Below, one piece after another: positions 1-9,427 of a DNA stretch of 64,000 nt. Numbering within the stretch: position 1 is the first letter of the stretch; each line of letters starts with the position of its first letter. A model generated the notes under the pieces. It searched no databases. It saw only the letters and a program-made list of their open reading frames with translations, and had not been told where the DNA came from. The DNA is from a virus. Location: the IMG/VR virus record IMGVR_UViG_3300025168_000036. One strand, given 5' to 3'. The position numbers and the translations under genes were made by a program.

Positions 1-16
1 CGGCGGTATTACTCTC

Positions 17-235
17 TCATCCCTCTAACTGGCGCGTATGGCGATTTTTTATCCATTTATCATAAGCATGTGAATATACCTCAAGCCGAGTATATTGTTC
101 AGGATTAGCAATCATATAATTTTCAGCCCATTCTTTTACTTGTTCACGTAAACCATAAGCATTAGCTTCTTCTAATATTTCTTCTATTGCTTGTTCATCA
201 CTCATAAAGTCCCATTCACGTCCGCTATTAATCAT
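17..235 (-). CDS. hypothetical phage protein
   Basis: ORF overlapping its neighbour by 4 nt in the minus-strand operon; no motif recognised. Confidence 0.55.
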   Translation of the reverse strand: MINSGREWDFMSDEQAIEEILEEANAYGLREQVKEWAENYMIANPEQYTRLEVYSHAYDKWIKNRHTRQLEG

Positions 236-483
236 CGAGCTAATCTTATTATAGTGTTGTCCATATCATCTTTAACCCAAGTAGCTATTACATTTCCTTT
301 GTTAAAGTCTACAACTTTTTGCATGTATGCTTTTGGTGCAAATACTCCAGGATATTCTATTGTTCTATTAGTATATTCTACAACAACAGTTTTTCCAATT
401 CCTTTGTGAACCATTTCTTGGCTTCTTTCATTTCTATATTTTGGTGCGCATGTATATGCTTTTCTTTCTTTTGATTTACTCAT
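232..483 (-). CDS. hypothetical phage protein
   Basis: ORF with 4-nt overlaps on both sides. Confidence 0.6.
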   Translation of the reverse strand: MSKSKERKAYTCAPKYRNERSQEMVHKGIGKTVVVEYTNRTIEYPGVFAPKAYMQKVVDFNKGNVIATWVKDDMDNTIIRLAR

Positions 484-779
484 GATTTTTCTCTTATAAA
501 AGTTCCGTTAACAGTTTTTCCTTTACGATCTTTAATTTCGTCCCATGCTGCTTGTAAGCAGTCTTTTGGCTCCAATCCTAGTTGGTAGCAAAGAACTATT
601 AGAGTTACAAAGCTATCGCCTAGTCCATCTACTAATTCAGAGTGATTTTGTTTAAGCATAGCTCCAGCTGTCTCCCCAACCTCTTCTATAACTTTTAACA
701 TTTGTGCTTGACTGTTTCCTTTTTCTAGAAGCCCTTTTTGTTCGGCCCAATATTGCACGTTTTCAATTAATTCATCCAT
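480..779 (-). CDS. mazG: MazG-like nucleotide pyrophosphohydrolase
   Basis: KVIEEVGE...DGLGD acidic motifs and AWDEIKDRKG..NGTF tail typical of short phage MazG-like proteins. Confidence 0.85.
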   Translation of the reverse strand: MDELIENVQYWAEQKGLLEKGNSQAQMLKVIEEVGETAGAMLKQNHSELVDGLGDSFVTLIVLCYQLGLEPKDCLQAAWDEIKDRKGKTVNGTFIREKS

Positions 780-1021
780 TCTTTTTCCTTTTGTTAAAAT
801 TATTCATATCCGACATAAACTTTTTATGCCTTTCTACTCTTTGTCCTTCTTTAATAGCATATCTACCTAATAGATATATAGCTAAAATTGTAGCAATAAG
901 TATATACATTACTTATCTTTTTTATTTATTTTATTTTCAATCCAACCTTCAAGTTGTGTTGTAATGTACATGCCAGCAGCAAAGCCGGTACCAAACATTA
1001 CTAATAATGCAAATGCGTCTA

Positions 1022-1477
1022 TCATAATAAATCTTCTTTTTTCATTAATACTATATTGTTTAATATTTCTAAGCCAGATAAGTCTCTAGCCATTTTGTTG
1101 TGCAAGTATACAACGCGAGTAATTCCTGCTTGCAGTATAAGCTTGGCACATTCTTTACAAGGTGCAAGTGTTACATATAGTGTTGCACCTTCACAGCTAG
1201 TACCATGTCTAGCACACTTAAGTATGGCATTAGCTTCCGCGTGTATTACTCTCCAATCTGTTTTTTCTTCTCCTGCACCTTCAATGCCATCTATTGGAGT
1301 TATAACTTCACATCTATTATCCATACCACTAGGCATACCATTGTACCCATCGCTAATAATCATCTTACCTTTAACAATAAGACAACCTACCTTAGCTCTA
1401 TTACAATGAGAAAGTTTGGCCCATTCAAGAGCCATTCTCATATAAGCCTTATCATATCTCCACTGTTTAGCTGGCAT
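1022..1477 (-). CDS. dCMP deaminase
   Basis: VGCLIV...GYNG, HAEANA and PCKEC zinc motifs. Confidence 0.95.
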   Translation of the reverse strand: MPAKQWRYDKAYMRMALEWAKLSHCNRAKVGCLIVKGKMIISDGYNGMPSGMDNRCEVITPIDGIEGAGEEKTDWRVIHAEANAILKCARHGTSCEGATLYVTLAPCKECAKLILQAGITRVVYLHNKMARDLSGLEILNNIVLMKKEDLL

Positions 1478-1721
1478 AGGTCTTGCTTTTATAAAATTTA
1501 TACAGGCTATTTAACTGCTTAAGGTAATAGGCAGGTGGAGTATAGTCATAATCAGCAATACAATGTTTAATACATTCAGTTAGATCAGATAATACAGTAT
1601 CATAAGTGGCATCTGAACTACCAGGGTCACCACATATGTCATCCATATTACTATTTGAACATACAGTTTCTATTAGATCTCTTAGACTGTATAGTCTACT
1701 TATATACTTATTCTTTTTCAT
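1467..1721 (-). CDS. hypothetical protein
   Basis: ORF in operon context. Confidence 0.55.
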   Translation of the reverse strand: MKKNKYISRLYSLRDLIETVCSNSNMDDICGDPGSSDATYDTVLSDLTECIKHCIADYDYTPPAYYLKQLNSLYKFYKSKTYAS

Positions 1722-1724
1722 AAC

Positions 1725-2108
1725 TTATATACTGCTGTAATACCATTCATAATCTAATTTTGTACTATCTTCTACTTCAGGCCCAGGTATTTGAGCCATA
1801 TCACAGATATCTTGTTCTGTTTCTAGTTTAATACTACCTGCCCGGTGGGTGTGTGCACAACTTCCTGCTACCTCATCTGGTTTAAGTTTATAGTCATATC
1901 TTATTCCATCAAACCTAACCATAATAGCTTGTTCGTTACCAAATAGCTGGTTACCAAATCCTTTGATTACTCCTGCCTTTTTAGTATACCCAAACTTCAT
2001 AAGTGGTCCTTTCCAGGAACTTCTTGGATTACCTTCCTTGTCTAACATAGGTGTTTCTAAACACCATACATCTACTACTACTCTGTCACCTCTTTTTACT
2101 TTTGCCAT
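1725..2108 (-). CDS. hypothetical protein
   Basis: ORF preceded by an A-rich leader and the repeated promoter motif at 2135. Confidence 0.65.
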   Translation of the reverse strand: MAKVKRGDRVVVDVWCLETPMLDKEGNPRSSWKGPLMKFGYTKKAGVIKGFGNQLFGNEQAIMVRFDGIRYDYKLKPDEVAGSCAHTHRAGSIKLETEQDICDMAQIPGPEVEDSTKLDYEWYYSSI

Positions 2109-2424
2109 ATCTATTTATTTATTTGTTATTAGTTAATATAATCATTTTTCCCCAGATAAAAAAATTTTCTCTAGTTATTTTTTACTTTTTCTAGTTTTTC
2201 CTGTTTTTTCTCTGTATGAGTTTTCTTTATCCATACAGTATTCCATTGTCCTTGGTTGTACACCTCTACCAATTGGTAGTCATTCATGTTCTTTGTCATA
2301 TTGCTATTGTCTTTGTTTTTATATGTGTATACATATGTTAGTATTAAACGTTCCTACAGTGCGTTCTGCTTCGATGATATATATGTCGCCCGAAGCGAGT
2401 TTATAAAAAGTTTTTTTCTTGCCG

Positions 2425-2476
2425 GTTACAAGTAATTAGCAGCCCCGGCCACAACACCGGAGCCACCTCTTACAAC
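2425..2476 (-). terminator. G.U-rich RNA hairpin 3' of the AAA ATPase gene (terminator or stabiliser)
   Basis: GGUGGCUCCGGU/GCCGGGGCUGCU 12-bp stem inside a GUUGUAAG/CUUGUAAC stem; pairs fully only on the minus strand. Confidence 0.5.
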
Positions 2477-2486
2477 TAACAACTAA

Positions 2487-3668
2487 TTATTCGTTTTCAT
2501 CGCCAACCTCTTCACTGTTGAATAAGTCCTCGTCTGATCCATCGTCCACAAACTTTTGAACTATTTGCTTGATAAACGTCCTTTCACTGTCCACCCCACC
2601 ACTTGAATCATATTGTGGGTAGACGGTTACTGTGGCTGCATCCTGTAATTCAAATCCATCATACATAATAGATGCCATTTCCACTGTAGTTCTAGTACTA
2701 ATAGATGAGCTAATTCTTGGAGTATCAGTAGCCATTTCCTTTCTTGATGCTTCCGCAATACTAGCAATGTTATCTATTAGTTGTATATCTAAGTTAGGAT
2801 ATAATTCTTTTAACAGCTCAACCTCATCTTGCTTTTCCAGTAAGTCCATTTCCACTATAATGAATCTGTCCATTAGAGCTTTATCCATTACTCTTGTTGA
2901 TGTATATTCGTTACCTATATTGGCGGTAGCTACAAAGCATACCCCTGGTGCGACTGATATGGTTGGAGAGCCTTCTGCCTCATCCAATCGTAAATACCTT
3001 TGGCCTTGATCTAGAACCGTCATAAGGATGTTCCAAGCATCTGGATGAGCCCTTGATAATTCATCTAATAAGATCACTGCATCCTTGGTTTGGATAGCTT
3101 TAACAAAGGTAGATTCTGAGAAGTATGTTCCATCAGCTTTGTTAAAGTGTGTATTACCTATTAGTGTAGATCTTGGGTCCTGAGTAGCACCTAAGTTGAA
3201 ATAAAATTCTGGCCTATCCAATGCATTAACCAGTGATTTGGCAGCCATTGTTTTTCCACAACCTGCAGCACCAGTCATCATAATATTTTTACCACGAACT
3301 GCTGACCTTATAAGATACTTCCATTTAAGATCACCCATTTTCATTAGAGTTGGTTTAAGATCTGGAGCCTTATTTATAAAAGCCATTAACTCTTGTTGTG
3401 CCTTTGGTATATCCGAAGGAACAGTTGCAACTTGATAGTCAATAGGTAATGGAGCGCATCCTTTAAGGTTAACTTCCACCTGTTGGGTAGTAGTCATCTT
3501 AATAGAATCGTCCTCTACTACGCATTTAATAGCCTTTCCTTCACGGATAGCTTTCTGAATAGTAGCTTTGTTAAGTTTAGTTGATTTAGCATCGTTAAAT
3601 ACGTTGCCTTTGCTGTCCTGGAGAGTATTAGTGTCCAGTGGAGCAAGATAAAATGTTGTGTTTTGCAT
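2487..3668 (-). CDS. MoxR/CbbQ-family AAA+ ATPase
   Basis: Walker A GAAGCGKT, Walker B LLDELSRA, ATAN and ALMDRF motifs. Confidence 0.9.
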   Translation of the reverse strand: MQNTTFYLAPLDTNTLQDSKGNVFNDAKSTKLNKATIQKAIREGKAIKCVVEDDSIKMTTTQQVEVNLKGCAPLPIDYQVATVPSDIPKAQQELMAFINKAPDLKPTLMKMGDLKWKYLIRSAVRGKNIMMTGAAGCGKTMAAKSLVNALDRPEFYFNLGATQDPRSTLIGNTHFNKADGTYFSESTFVKAIQTKDAVILLDELSRAHPDAWNILMTVLDQGQRYLRLDEAEGSPTISVAPGVCFVATANIGNEYTSTRVMDKALMDRFIIVEMDLLEKQDEVELLKELYPNLDIQLIDNIASIAEASRKEMATDTPRISSSISTRTTVEMASIMYDGFELQDAATVTVYPQYDSSGGVDSERTFIKQIVQKFVDDGSDEDLFNSEEVGDENE

Positions 3669-3731
3669 TTTTTATTATTTATTTGTTAGTTTGTGTCCCC
3701 TCGTGGGACGTTTGTTGTTTATTTATATATA

Positions 3732-3805
3732 AATATAATCAATTTCTGCCATATACTTAAACTTTTTAACGTAAAGTTATTAACAATTAACATAAGTTAT
3801 TAACA
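3732..3805 (-). promoter_or_regulatory. phage promoter (TTAAGT-17-TATATT) with two upstream TGTTAATAACTT boxes
   Basis: near-identical architecture at 12081-12155; TTATATT core recurs 12 times in upstream regions. Confidence 0.7.
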
Positions 3806-3885
3806 TTATACAGTTCATGGTAGTATGGTTGATGGTTGAATATAGTATAAATATAATAAAAAAAACCCATATAAAAAAATTTCTC

Positions 3886-3923
3886 GTATGACAATGTGTC
3901 AGGTTTTGTATGACAATGTGTCA
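3886..3923. repeat. two 16-bp direct repeats GTATGACAATGTGTCA, each containing the palindrome TGACA-N3-TGTCA
   Basis: exact copies at 3886-3901 and 3908-3923, 22-bp period. Confidence 0.85.
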
Positions 3924-4124
3924 TCGTACCCTGCCTTTACAGTAGTCGCTCCAGTCACTTCGAACGCATTACTTTGTATACATACAGCCTCTCTAGATAA
4001 CGTATCAGCAGCTAAGAGAATCGTAGCACGGAACGAGTGTGTATGGTCGAATAGTATATCTGATACACTTATCATCATACTATATACATATATACTAATA
4101 TAAAGATATAAAACATTATACACT

Positions 4125-4904
4125 TTACACATTAGTTTCTGAAGTATCATTTTGTGCATAGTCATTTAGTTCTTGTTGTACTTTATACCAGTAGCTAAGT
4201 GTTTGAAGCTTTGAGCCACCTCTTGGGCCTCCATTCCAACAACGAGCTATATCTTCAGCAGTCTGTAAGTTATAGTGGCTACAATAGATCTTTAACATTT
4301 GTATTGAGTGTACTCTATCCCACCTATCACTATAACTATATAAGTTATCTGTTACTCCTTGCCTACCTAATATACGGTTAACATCATCAACCATACACTT
4401 TCTAATTTGTAAACAACCTACAGCATCTTCTGGTTCACAATAAGCATTATCATTACCTGTTGACTCTACTTGTATAATAGCATTAATAATATCTTGTTCC
4501 CCAAAGCTTATTGTTTCACTCCATATTGTATCTATAGTATACCATCTAATACCATCTTCTTCTATTACAAATCTTTTTACAATAGCGTCTATACTAACTG
4601 TATCATTATAGCGAAGCTTTAATGAGCTTTCTTTAAACCATCTAATCGAATCTGATGTGCCATCCGGATACTGGATAACTCCTTTTCCATTAGGCATTAT
4701 ACTTCTCATAGTATCTAGTACACTTTCTTCTGTTCCATCTAAATAGCTATCTATAGTTATTTCTTCCGGTGTATCATCAAAGTAAAAATAATAAGCATCT
4801 TTAATTGTAATAGTAAACATTAATCCAAAGATTGCTATAGCTGCTATTGAAAATAATACTATACTATCTCTTAATTGTCTTGGTGTCTTTCCTTGATTTT
4901 CCAT
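4125..4904 (-). CDS. membrane-anchored lysozyme-like/lytic transglycosylase protein
   Basis: N-terminal TM helix; AIIQVES, GCLQI and ARCWNGGP motifs (SLT/destabilase-like). Confidence 0.8.
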   Translation of the reverse strand: MENQGKTPRQLRDSIVLFSIAAIAIFGLMFTITIKDAYYFYFDDTPEEITIDSYLDGTEESVLDTMRSIMPNGKGVIQYPDGTSDSIRWFKESSLKLRYNDTVSIDAIVKRFVIEEDGIRWYTIDTIWSETISFGEQDIINAIIQVESTGNDNAYCEPEDAVGCLQIRKCMVDDVNRILGRQGVTDNLYSYSDRWDRVHSIQMLKIYCSHYNLQTAEDIARCWNGGPRGGSKLQTLSYWYKVQQELNDYAQNDTSETNV

Positions 4905-4907
4905 AAT

Positions 4908-5084
4908 TTATTTGTTTTTGTTATTTAATTTCCAACCATTGTGCTTATCCGGTATAACTTCCATACCTGTATATGTTTGGTTAGTTTCATTATCTATTAA
5001 AGTCCATTTGCTAGGACATTTAGTATAAACCTTAAGTGTCACCGGTTTATCTAATTCTTTATATTTGTTTTTTCTAAGCTTCAT
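4908..5084 (-). CDS. small hypothetical protein (58 aa, not in ORF track)
   Basis: hand translation MKLRKNKYKELDKPVTLKVYTKCPSKW...; fills the gap with a 4-nt overlap. Confidence 0.55.
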   Translation of the reverse strand: MKLRKNKYKELDKPVTLKVYTKCPSKWTLIDNETNQTYTGMEVIPDKHNGWKLNNKNK

Positions 5085-5335
5085 TGATTTTCTATGCTAT
5101 CTATAAATTGTTCTATACTACCTTCCATGTCTGCATGAAAGCCCCAAACATTTTTTCCATCACTTAACCACCAAAAAGGATAAACTCCTTTAATCATATG
5201 CTTTGGTACTTCATGTTTCATTTTTATATCGCAATGCATACCTCTTTCATTAGCAAGCTTAATAGTAGGTTCTGTTACTCTATCACAAAATTCACAACCT
5301 TCTTTCTTTATTAGTAATATATGTTTTAGTTTCAT
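5081..5335 (-). CDS. glutaredoxin/thioredoxin-like protein
   Basis: CEFC motif after a beta strand and a YP cis-Pro-like motif; start chosen at MKLKHILL. Confidence 0.65.
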   Translation of the reverse strand: MKLKHILLIKKEGCEFCDRVTEPTIKLANERGMHCDIKMKHEVPKHMIKGVYPFWWLSDGKNVWGFHADMEGSIEQFIDSIENQ

Positions 5336-5535
5336 TTTGTTATCTCTTTTATAAAGCTGTATGAGATTATGCAAATACATAGTGGCCATAATAGTATCAA
5401 TATAAGGTTATCTACCCATCCAAATTCTTCTAGAATTTGTGGTGGCTTCTTAAACCTATTTGGCATCTTATCTAATGCAAGGTTACATATAAAGCCAAAT
5501 ACTAAACCTATAAATATGTATGTTGTTAAACTCAT
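5332..5535 (-). CDS. small membrane protein
   Basis: two hydrophobic helices. Confidence 0.55.
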   Translation of the reverse strand: MSLTTYIFIGLVFGFICNLALDKMPNRFKKPPQILEEFGWVDNLILILLWPLCICIISYSFIKEITK

Positions 5536-5594
5536 CTAATTAAAAGTTAGGATCATTTGGATGTACCTCATCTATTATATGGTCCTTCCAAAAC

Positions 5595-6302
5595 TTATTC
5601 ATCCTCTGTAAAATTTTCTTGTATATACTTTTTAATGTCTTCATTACTTATCTCTGTATCTTTAATATCAAGTTCACTTTCATTCATAGTTACTTGATTA
5701 ATAGTATCTAAATTTGTTGGTAAACCATCTTCATCAACCTCAACTCCTTCTATCATATCTTTCTTTCTCATATCATCCATAGAGTTTCCGGCATTCTTTT
5801 GGTATTTGTGTCTACCCCATAAATTACCATATTGATTATAGTAGCAATTATAGCATACTAATTCTAAATTGTCTTGTGAATAGTTAAGTGGATTACCATC
5901 GATTTGACCTAGTATTAACGGAGCTGTTCCATCCGATATTCTACGTTCTTCGAATCCACACTGCTTACAAACCTCATCTAGGAGACCCGCCTTAACCATC
6001 CGGTGATGGAGTTTTCTAAGAGAGTACCTACCCGCGCCTCCATTGAAAATGTCTTGAAGAGAGTAGATCACGCCGCCTTTATTCTTTCTGCCTCTTGCTG
6101 CATATTTAGGTATACCTCTACCATATTCATTAAGATGAATATCAAATAGTGTCTTACCTGTTTCCTGATCTATATATAGTTTGGCCCACTTCTTATAAGT
6201 AGGGTATGATACCTTACAATATCTTGCAGCTTGTTTGTTAGATTTGGTATACTTCATAGCCTCTCTAACGTTTGCTTCTAATATGATAATTCTTCTTGAC
6301 AT
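5595..6302 (-). CDS. HTH + degenerate HNH/zinc-finger protein
   Basis: SNKQAARYCKVSYPTYKKW HTH-like segment; CKQC...QIDGNPLN...NLELVCYNC HNH-like segment with His replaced. Confidence 0.6.
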   Translation of the reverse strand: MSRRIIILEANVREAMKYTKSNKQAARYCKVSYPTYKKWAKLYIDQETGKTLFDIHLNEYGRGIPKYAARGRKNKGGVIYSLQDIFNGGAGRYSLRKLHHRMVKAGLLDEVCKQCGFEERRISDGTAPLILGQIDGNPLNYSQDNLELVCYNCYYNQYGNLWGRHKYQKNAGNSMDDMRKKDMIEGVEVDEDGLPTNLDTINQVTMNESELDIKDTEISNEDIKKYIQENFTEDE

Positions 6303-6314
6303 AAACCTTTATTA

Positions 6315-6823
6315 AAGTGTACTGAGTATAACACTATTTACTTAATTGTAATTGTTTTTGGCTTTGCTTCCTCAGCCACTGGAATTGTAATACTTAACAA
6401 TCCATTTTCCATAGTAGCACTAATAGCATTAGTATCATACTTTGGATTAATTTTCCACCCCATATTAAATGCTTTCCTTACAATACCTCTATGTATATAA
6501 TGTCCAGCATCCTCATCTGATGGATTTGATTCAATACTAGGCCTTTCATAGATAACCCGTAAGGTGTTATCAGCAATATCAAGCTTAATATCATTTTTGT
6601 TTAATCCAACACAAGCTATATCAAAAAACAGTCCTGCCTCGTTAACCTTAATATCACATGGATACCCTGGCTTAACATCAGCAAAAGACTGAAATTCAGA
6701 TGTTGTGTCAAAAAAGTTTTTGAAAAATAGGTCTGTTGGTAACAGACGTTCATGTAAAAATTGTAAATTTCCCATATTTAATCTCCTTAGATAATTTTAA
6801 TTTTGTGCCTACTCAGTACACTT
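6315..6823. repeat. perfect 14-bp inverted repeats flanking hsp20
   Basis: AAGTGTACTGAGTA at 6315-6328 and TACTCAGTACACTT at 6810-6823. Confidence 0.85.
6338..6775 (-). CDS. small heat shock protein (Hsp20/alpha-crystallin)
   Basis: YPCDI, YIHRGI..KAF, ATMENGLLSITIP motifs; AAGGAG SD. Confidence 0.92.
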   Translation of the reverse strand: MGNLQFLHERLLPTDLFFKNFFDTTSEFQSFADVKPGYPCDIKVNEAGLFFDIACVGLNKNDIKLDIADNTLRVIYERPSIESNPSDEDAGHYIHRGIVRKAFNMGWKINPKYDTNAISATMENGLLSITIPVAEEAKPKTITIK

Positions 6824-6845
6824 GTTATAACCTTTAATATAAATA

Positions 6846-7553
6846 TCATTCTTTTATTAAATTTGTCTTCATTGGTAGTATTTTCTTAAGACCATCTGGT
6901 GTTTTTATTCTACCTACATTTTGATTTGTTTCTTTTGCCAAATCATAAACACTTTGGTATTTTCCAACTATATGCTGTATACCTGTCTTGTCTTGCTTTA
7001 TACATTTCACTATATCAGATGCAGCTTTATCAACATATTGCCTAACTGTAAATTGATCATCAAATGCATTATCATATTCAAATGTTTTTGTTCTTATAAA
7101 TGGAGCTCTTATGATTAGATGATTACTTAATGTACCTACAATAAGCTCACTACAAGCTTTTGATACTCCATATACATTTTTTGGATTCATAGGTGTACTT
7201 TCACTAATCTTACCATCATAATCAAATACATATTCACTTGATATATAGACCAATTTTATGTTTCTAGTTCTACAAAAGCTAACAATATTTTGCGTTCCTC
7301 CAACATTAATATCTAAACACTTTTGAGGATTGTCTTCACAACCTTTTGTATCTATATAGCCTGCTGAATGTATTATTGTTTTTATGTTTTTTGGTACCTT
7401 TAGTCTTAATTCTGGTAAGCATGTTATATCAAGCTGTTTTCTAGTTGGTGCTATACAATCTAGATTAGAAAGTATATTACTTCCTAAGTGTCCAGACCCT
7501 CCAAGTAGCATAATATTATTCATATAGTTTATCTTTAAGGCTTTCATATACAT
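6846..7553 (-). CDS. RmlD-like NAD(P)-dependent sugar-nucleotide reductase
   Basis: GGSGHLG, YISSEYVFD, YGVSK motifs. Confidence 0.8.
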   Translation of the reverse strand: MYMKALKINYMNNIMLLGGSGHLGSNILSNLDCIAPTRKQLDITCLPELRLKVPKNIKTIIHSAGYIDTKGCEDNPQKCLDINVGGTQNIVSFCRTRNIKLVYISSEYVFDYDGKISESTPMNPKNVYGVSKACSELIVGTLSNHLIIRAPFIRTKTFEYDNAFDDQFTVRQYVDKAASDIVKCIKQDKTGIQHIVGKYQSVYDLAKETNQNVGRIKTPDGLKKILPMKTNLIKE

Positions 7554-8283
7554 AAGGATTTGAATCTATAAGTTTTCCGCTTTTATCTAGCTTACTATGT
7601 AATAAGTCATAGTATTCCTTGTCTAGACCTTTTGTGTCTTTTCTATTTGCACCACCCCAACACATTTTCATCCATGTCTTTTCAAGATTTGTAGCACCTC
7701 CAGATGGAATTCCAATATTTGACATAAATACATTATCCTCCCAGCCGCCTGACATACTATCTAATTCAGATTGTAGTGGCCAGGTTGACCCTATACTTCT
7801 AATGTGAGATATTGAGCCTACATCAGACCAAGGATTATTTTGCCTTCTCATATTATATAAATCATCAAATGTTTTACTACAAATATTCTTTACAGTATTA
7901 TCTGGTTCCCCCAATAGTACACTATCGTAATTCAATATGTTTGGTTGTGATGTGCCCATAGCATAGTGTGACTCGAGGTGGTTAGGATATAGTATATCAT
8001 CATCAAGTAGATAGCAAATCATCTCACCTTTTGCCAATTTTATACCTAGATTAAATGATACTGCACCTAAATTATAGACGTAAGGGTCTTTATTTTCTAT
8101 AAATTTTATTCTACTATCATCTTTAAAGTCATTACATACAAGCTCTGTAAATGGGTCATGATCTGAGATAATAAGATGTTCAAAGTCTTCTAATGTCTGT
8201 CTTTGTGCTGATTGTATTGCTCTTCTAAGTAGATCTGGTCTAAAATATGAGCACGTTATTAATGTGATTTTTGGTTTTTTCAT
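7516..8283 (-). CDS. glycosyltransferase family 2
   Basis: ITCSYFRP..LRRAIQS..RQT and YLLDDD DXD motif. Confidence 0.85.
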   Translation of the reverse strand: MKKPKITLITCSYFRPDLLRRAIQSAQRQTLEDFEHLIISDHDPFTELVCNDFKDDSRIKFIENKDPYVYNLGAVSFNLGIKLAKGEMICYLLDDDILYPNHLESHYAMGTSQPNILNYDSVLLGEPDNTVKNICSKTFDDLYNMRRQNNPWSDVGSISHIRSIGSTWPLQSELDSMSGGWEDNVFMSNIGIPSGGATNLEKTWMKMCWGGANRKDTKGLDKEYYDLLHSKLDKSGKLIDSNPYVYESLKDKLYE

Positions 8284-8528
8284 TCTGAAAATATCTCTAT
8301 AAGTAGGACATTTTTATCATTTATCATGATAACTCTATTATCCTTATCTTTAAACTTTGTAAACTGACCTTGCTTTATTGATGTTGAGTCAATACCATGA
8401 AAAGTCCTCTTTTCACCTCCTATGAAGTGTATTACCTGTGTTACGTATTTACTACCTAACATTGTTTGTGATGATGATTTTAAGTCCATATTAGTCTCCA
8501 AATGGTTGATTGTCTTGTGGTACATCAC
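8280..8528 (-). CDS. hypothetical protein (true start may be internal)
   Basis: ORF in operon context. Confidence 0.5.
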   Translation of the reverse strand: MMYHKTINHLETNMDLKSSSQTMLGSKYVTQVIHFIGGEKRTFHGIDSTSIKQGQFTKFKDKDNRVIMINDKNVLLIEIFSE

Positions 8529-8805
8529 CAGTTATATCATCAATGTCCTCAATTTGTTCAGTATGTTCTCTATTTCTGTTATATTGTTCTATTAGCCAAT
8601 TATGAGAGTCACGAGCAAATTTCTCCTCATCCTTAAACAGATTTTCCTCTGGCTTACTAAAGTCCTCTAATTGTGCAAAATCATCTGTTGATATAGATAC
8701 TTGCACCCATTCATCATTTCTGTCATGATAAGGTCTAGTTAATTTATAGTCTGTTACTGTTCCTGAAATTGCATCACTTTTATGTATCCAAATATATACT
8801 TTCAT
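8491..8805 (-). CDS. hypothetical protein
   Basis: ORF in operon context. Confidence 0.55.
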   Translation of the reverse strand: MKVYIWIHKSDAISGTVTDYKLTRPYHDRNDEWVQVSISTDDFAQLEDFSKPEENLFKDEEKFARDSHNWLIEQYNRNREHTEQIEDIDDITGDVPQDNQPFGD

Positions 8806-8984
8806 TTTTTATTCTCTTTCTTAACCTTTTCAGATGCATATCTCCATCTTTCTCTTGTATCCTTATATCTATGTTTCTCTTGGCTATCCATTTTTTTAAG
8901 TTTTGAATCAAACTCCTCTTTGAGTCCTAGCTCCTTCATTTCATAATAAATTTCCATATATAAATCATCCCAAGACATAATCAC
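8802..8984 (-). CDS. hypothetical protein
   Basis: ORF with GGAGG SD. Confidence 0.55.
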   Translation of the reverse strand: MIMSWDDLYMEIYYEMKELGLKEEFDSKLKKMDSQEKHRYKDTRERWRYASEKVKKENKK

Positions 8985-8991
8985 CTCCTAT

Positions 8992-9423
8992 TTAGTCCAT
9001 TAAACTTTCATACAAATCACTTTTGTATGCTTCATGATCAAATGACTGACCATCCTTTGTTTGTGGCATCTTCTTTCTGATATCCGCCTTTGCATCATTA
9101 ACTGGTATGTTCTTTGTATTACCTACAGCATTTGAAATATCTCTTGCTGTTCCTTTAATATTTCTACTTTCTGTTTGTAGCCAATGATTAGTTATAAATG
9201 CATTTTTCCATGCACCCCAAACAGTATCTGATAGTCTTATATCTGCATACTGTTTTGGCATAAGATTATTACCAAACTGGTCACCTAAATAGTATTGTCC
9301 ATTTGGAGCTCTTCTGGTAATTGCACCTTTATATCTTTTTAACCTTCTTACTGTTTGTTTTACCAGTTGAAAGTTTTCTGGATTGATTTCTCTCCAGTCA
9401 ATTTGAATCTTTCTTCTTCCCAT
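8992..9423 (-). CDS. hypothetical protein
   Basis: ORF in operon context. Confidence 0.6.
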   Translation of the reverse strand: MGRRKIQIDWREINPENFQLVKQTVRRLKRYKGAITRRAPNGQYYLGDQFGNNLMPKQYADIRLSDTVWGAWKNAFITNHWLQTESRNIKGTARDISNAVGNTKNIPVNDAKADIRKKMPQTKDGQSFDHEAYKSDLYESLMD

Positions 9424-9427
9424 AATT

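Noticed and set aside
3846-3853. T4-type late promoter TATAAATA on the plus strand
   Set aside because: Such matches point away from the genes; the reverse reading (TTATATT or GATATTTAT) is what consistently precedes start codons
3899-4165. 88-aa minus-strand ORF and the overlapping 71-aa plus-strand ORF
   Set aside because: Atypical CpG-rich composition and overlap with repeats and hairpins suggest non-coding DNA; not fully excluded
5940-5975. tRNA suggested by TTCGAATCC
   Set aside because: It lies inside a CDS and I could not build a cloverleaf; no tRNA was recognised anywhere in the window by eye
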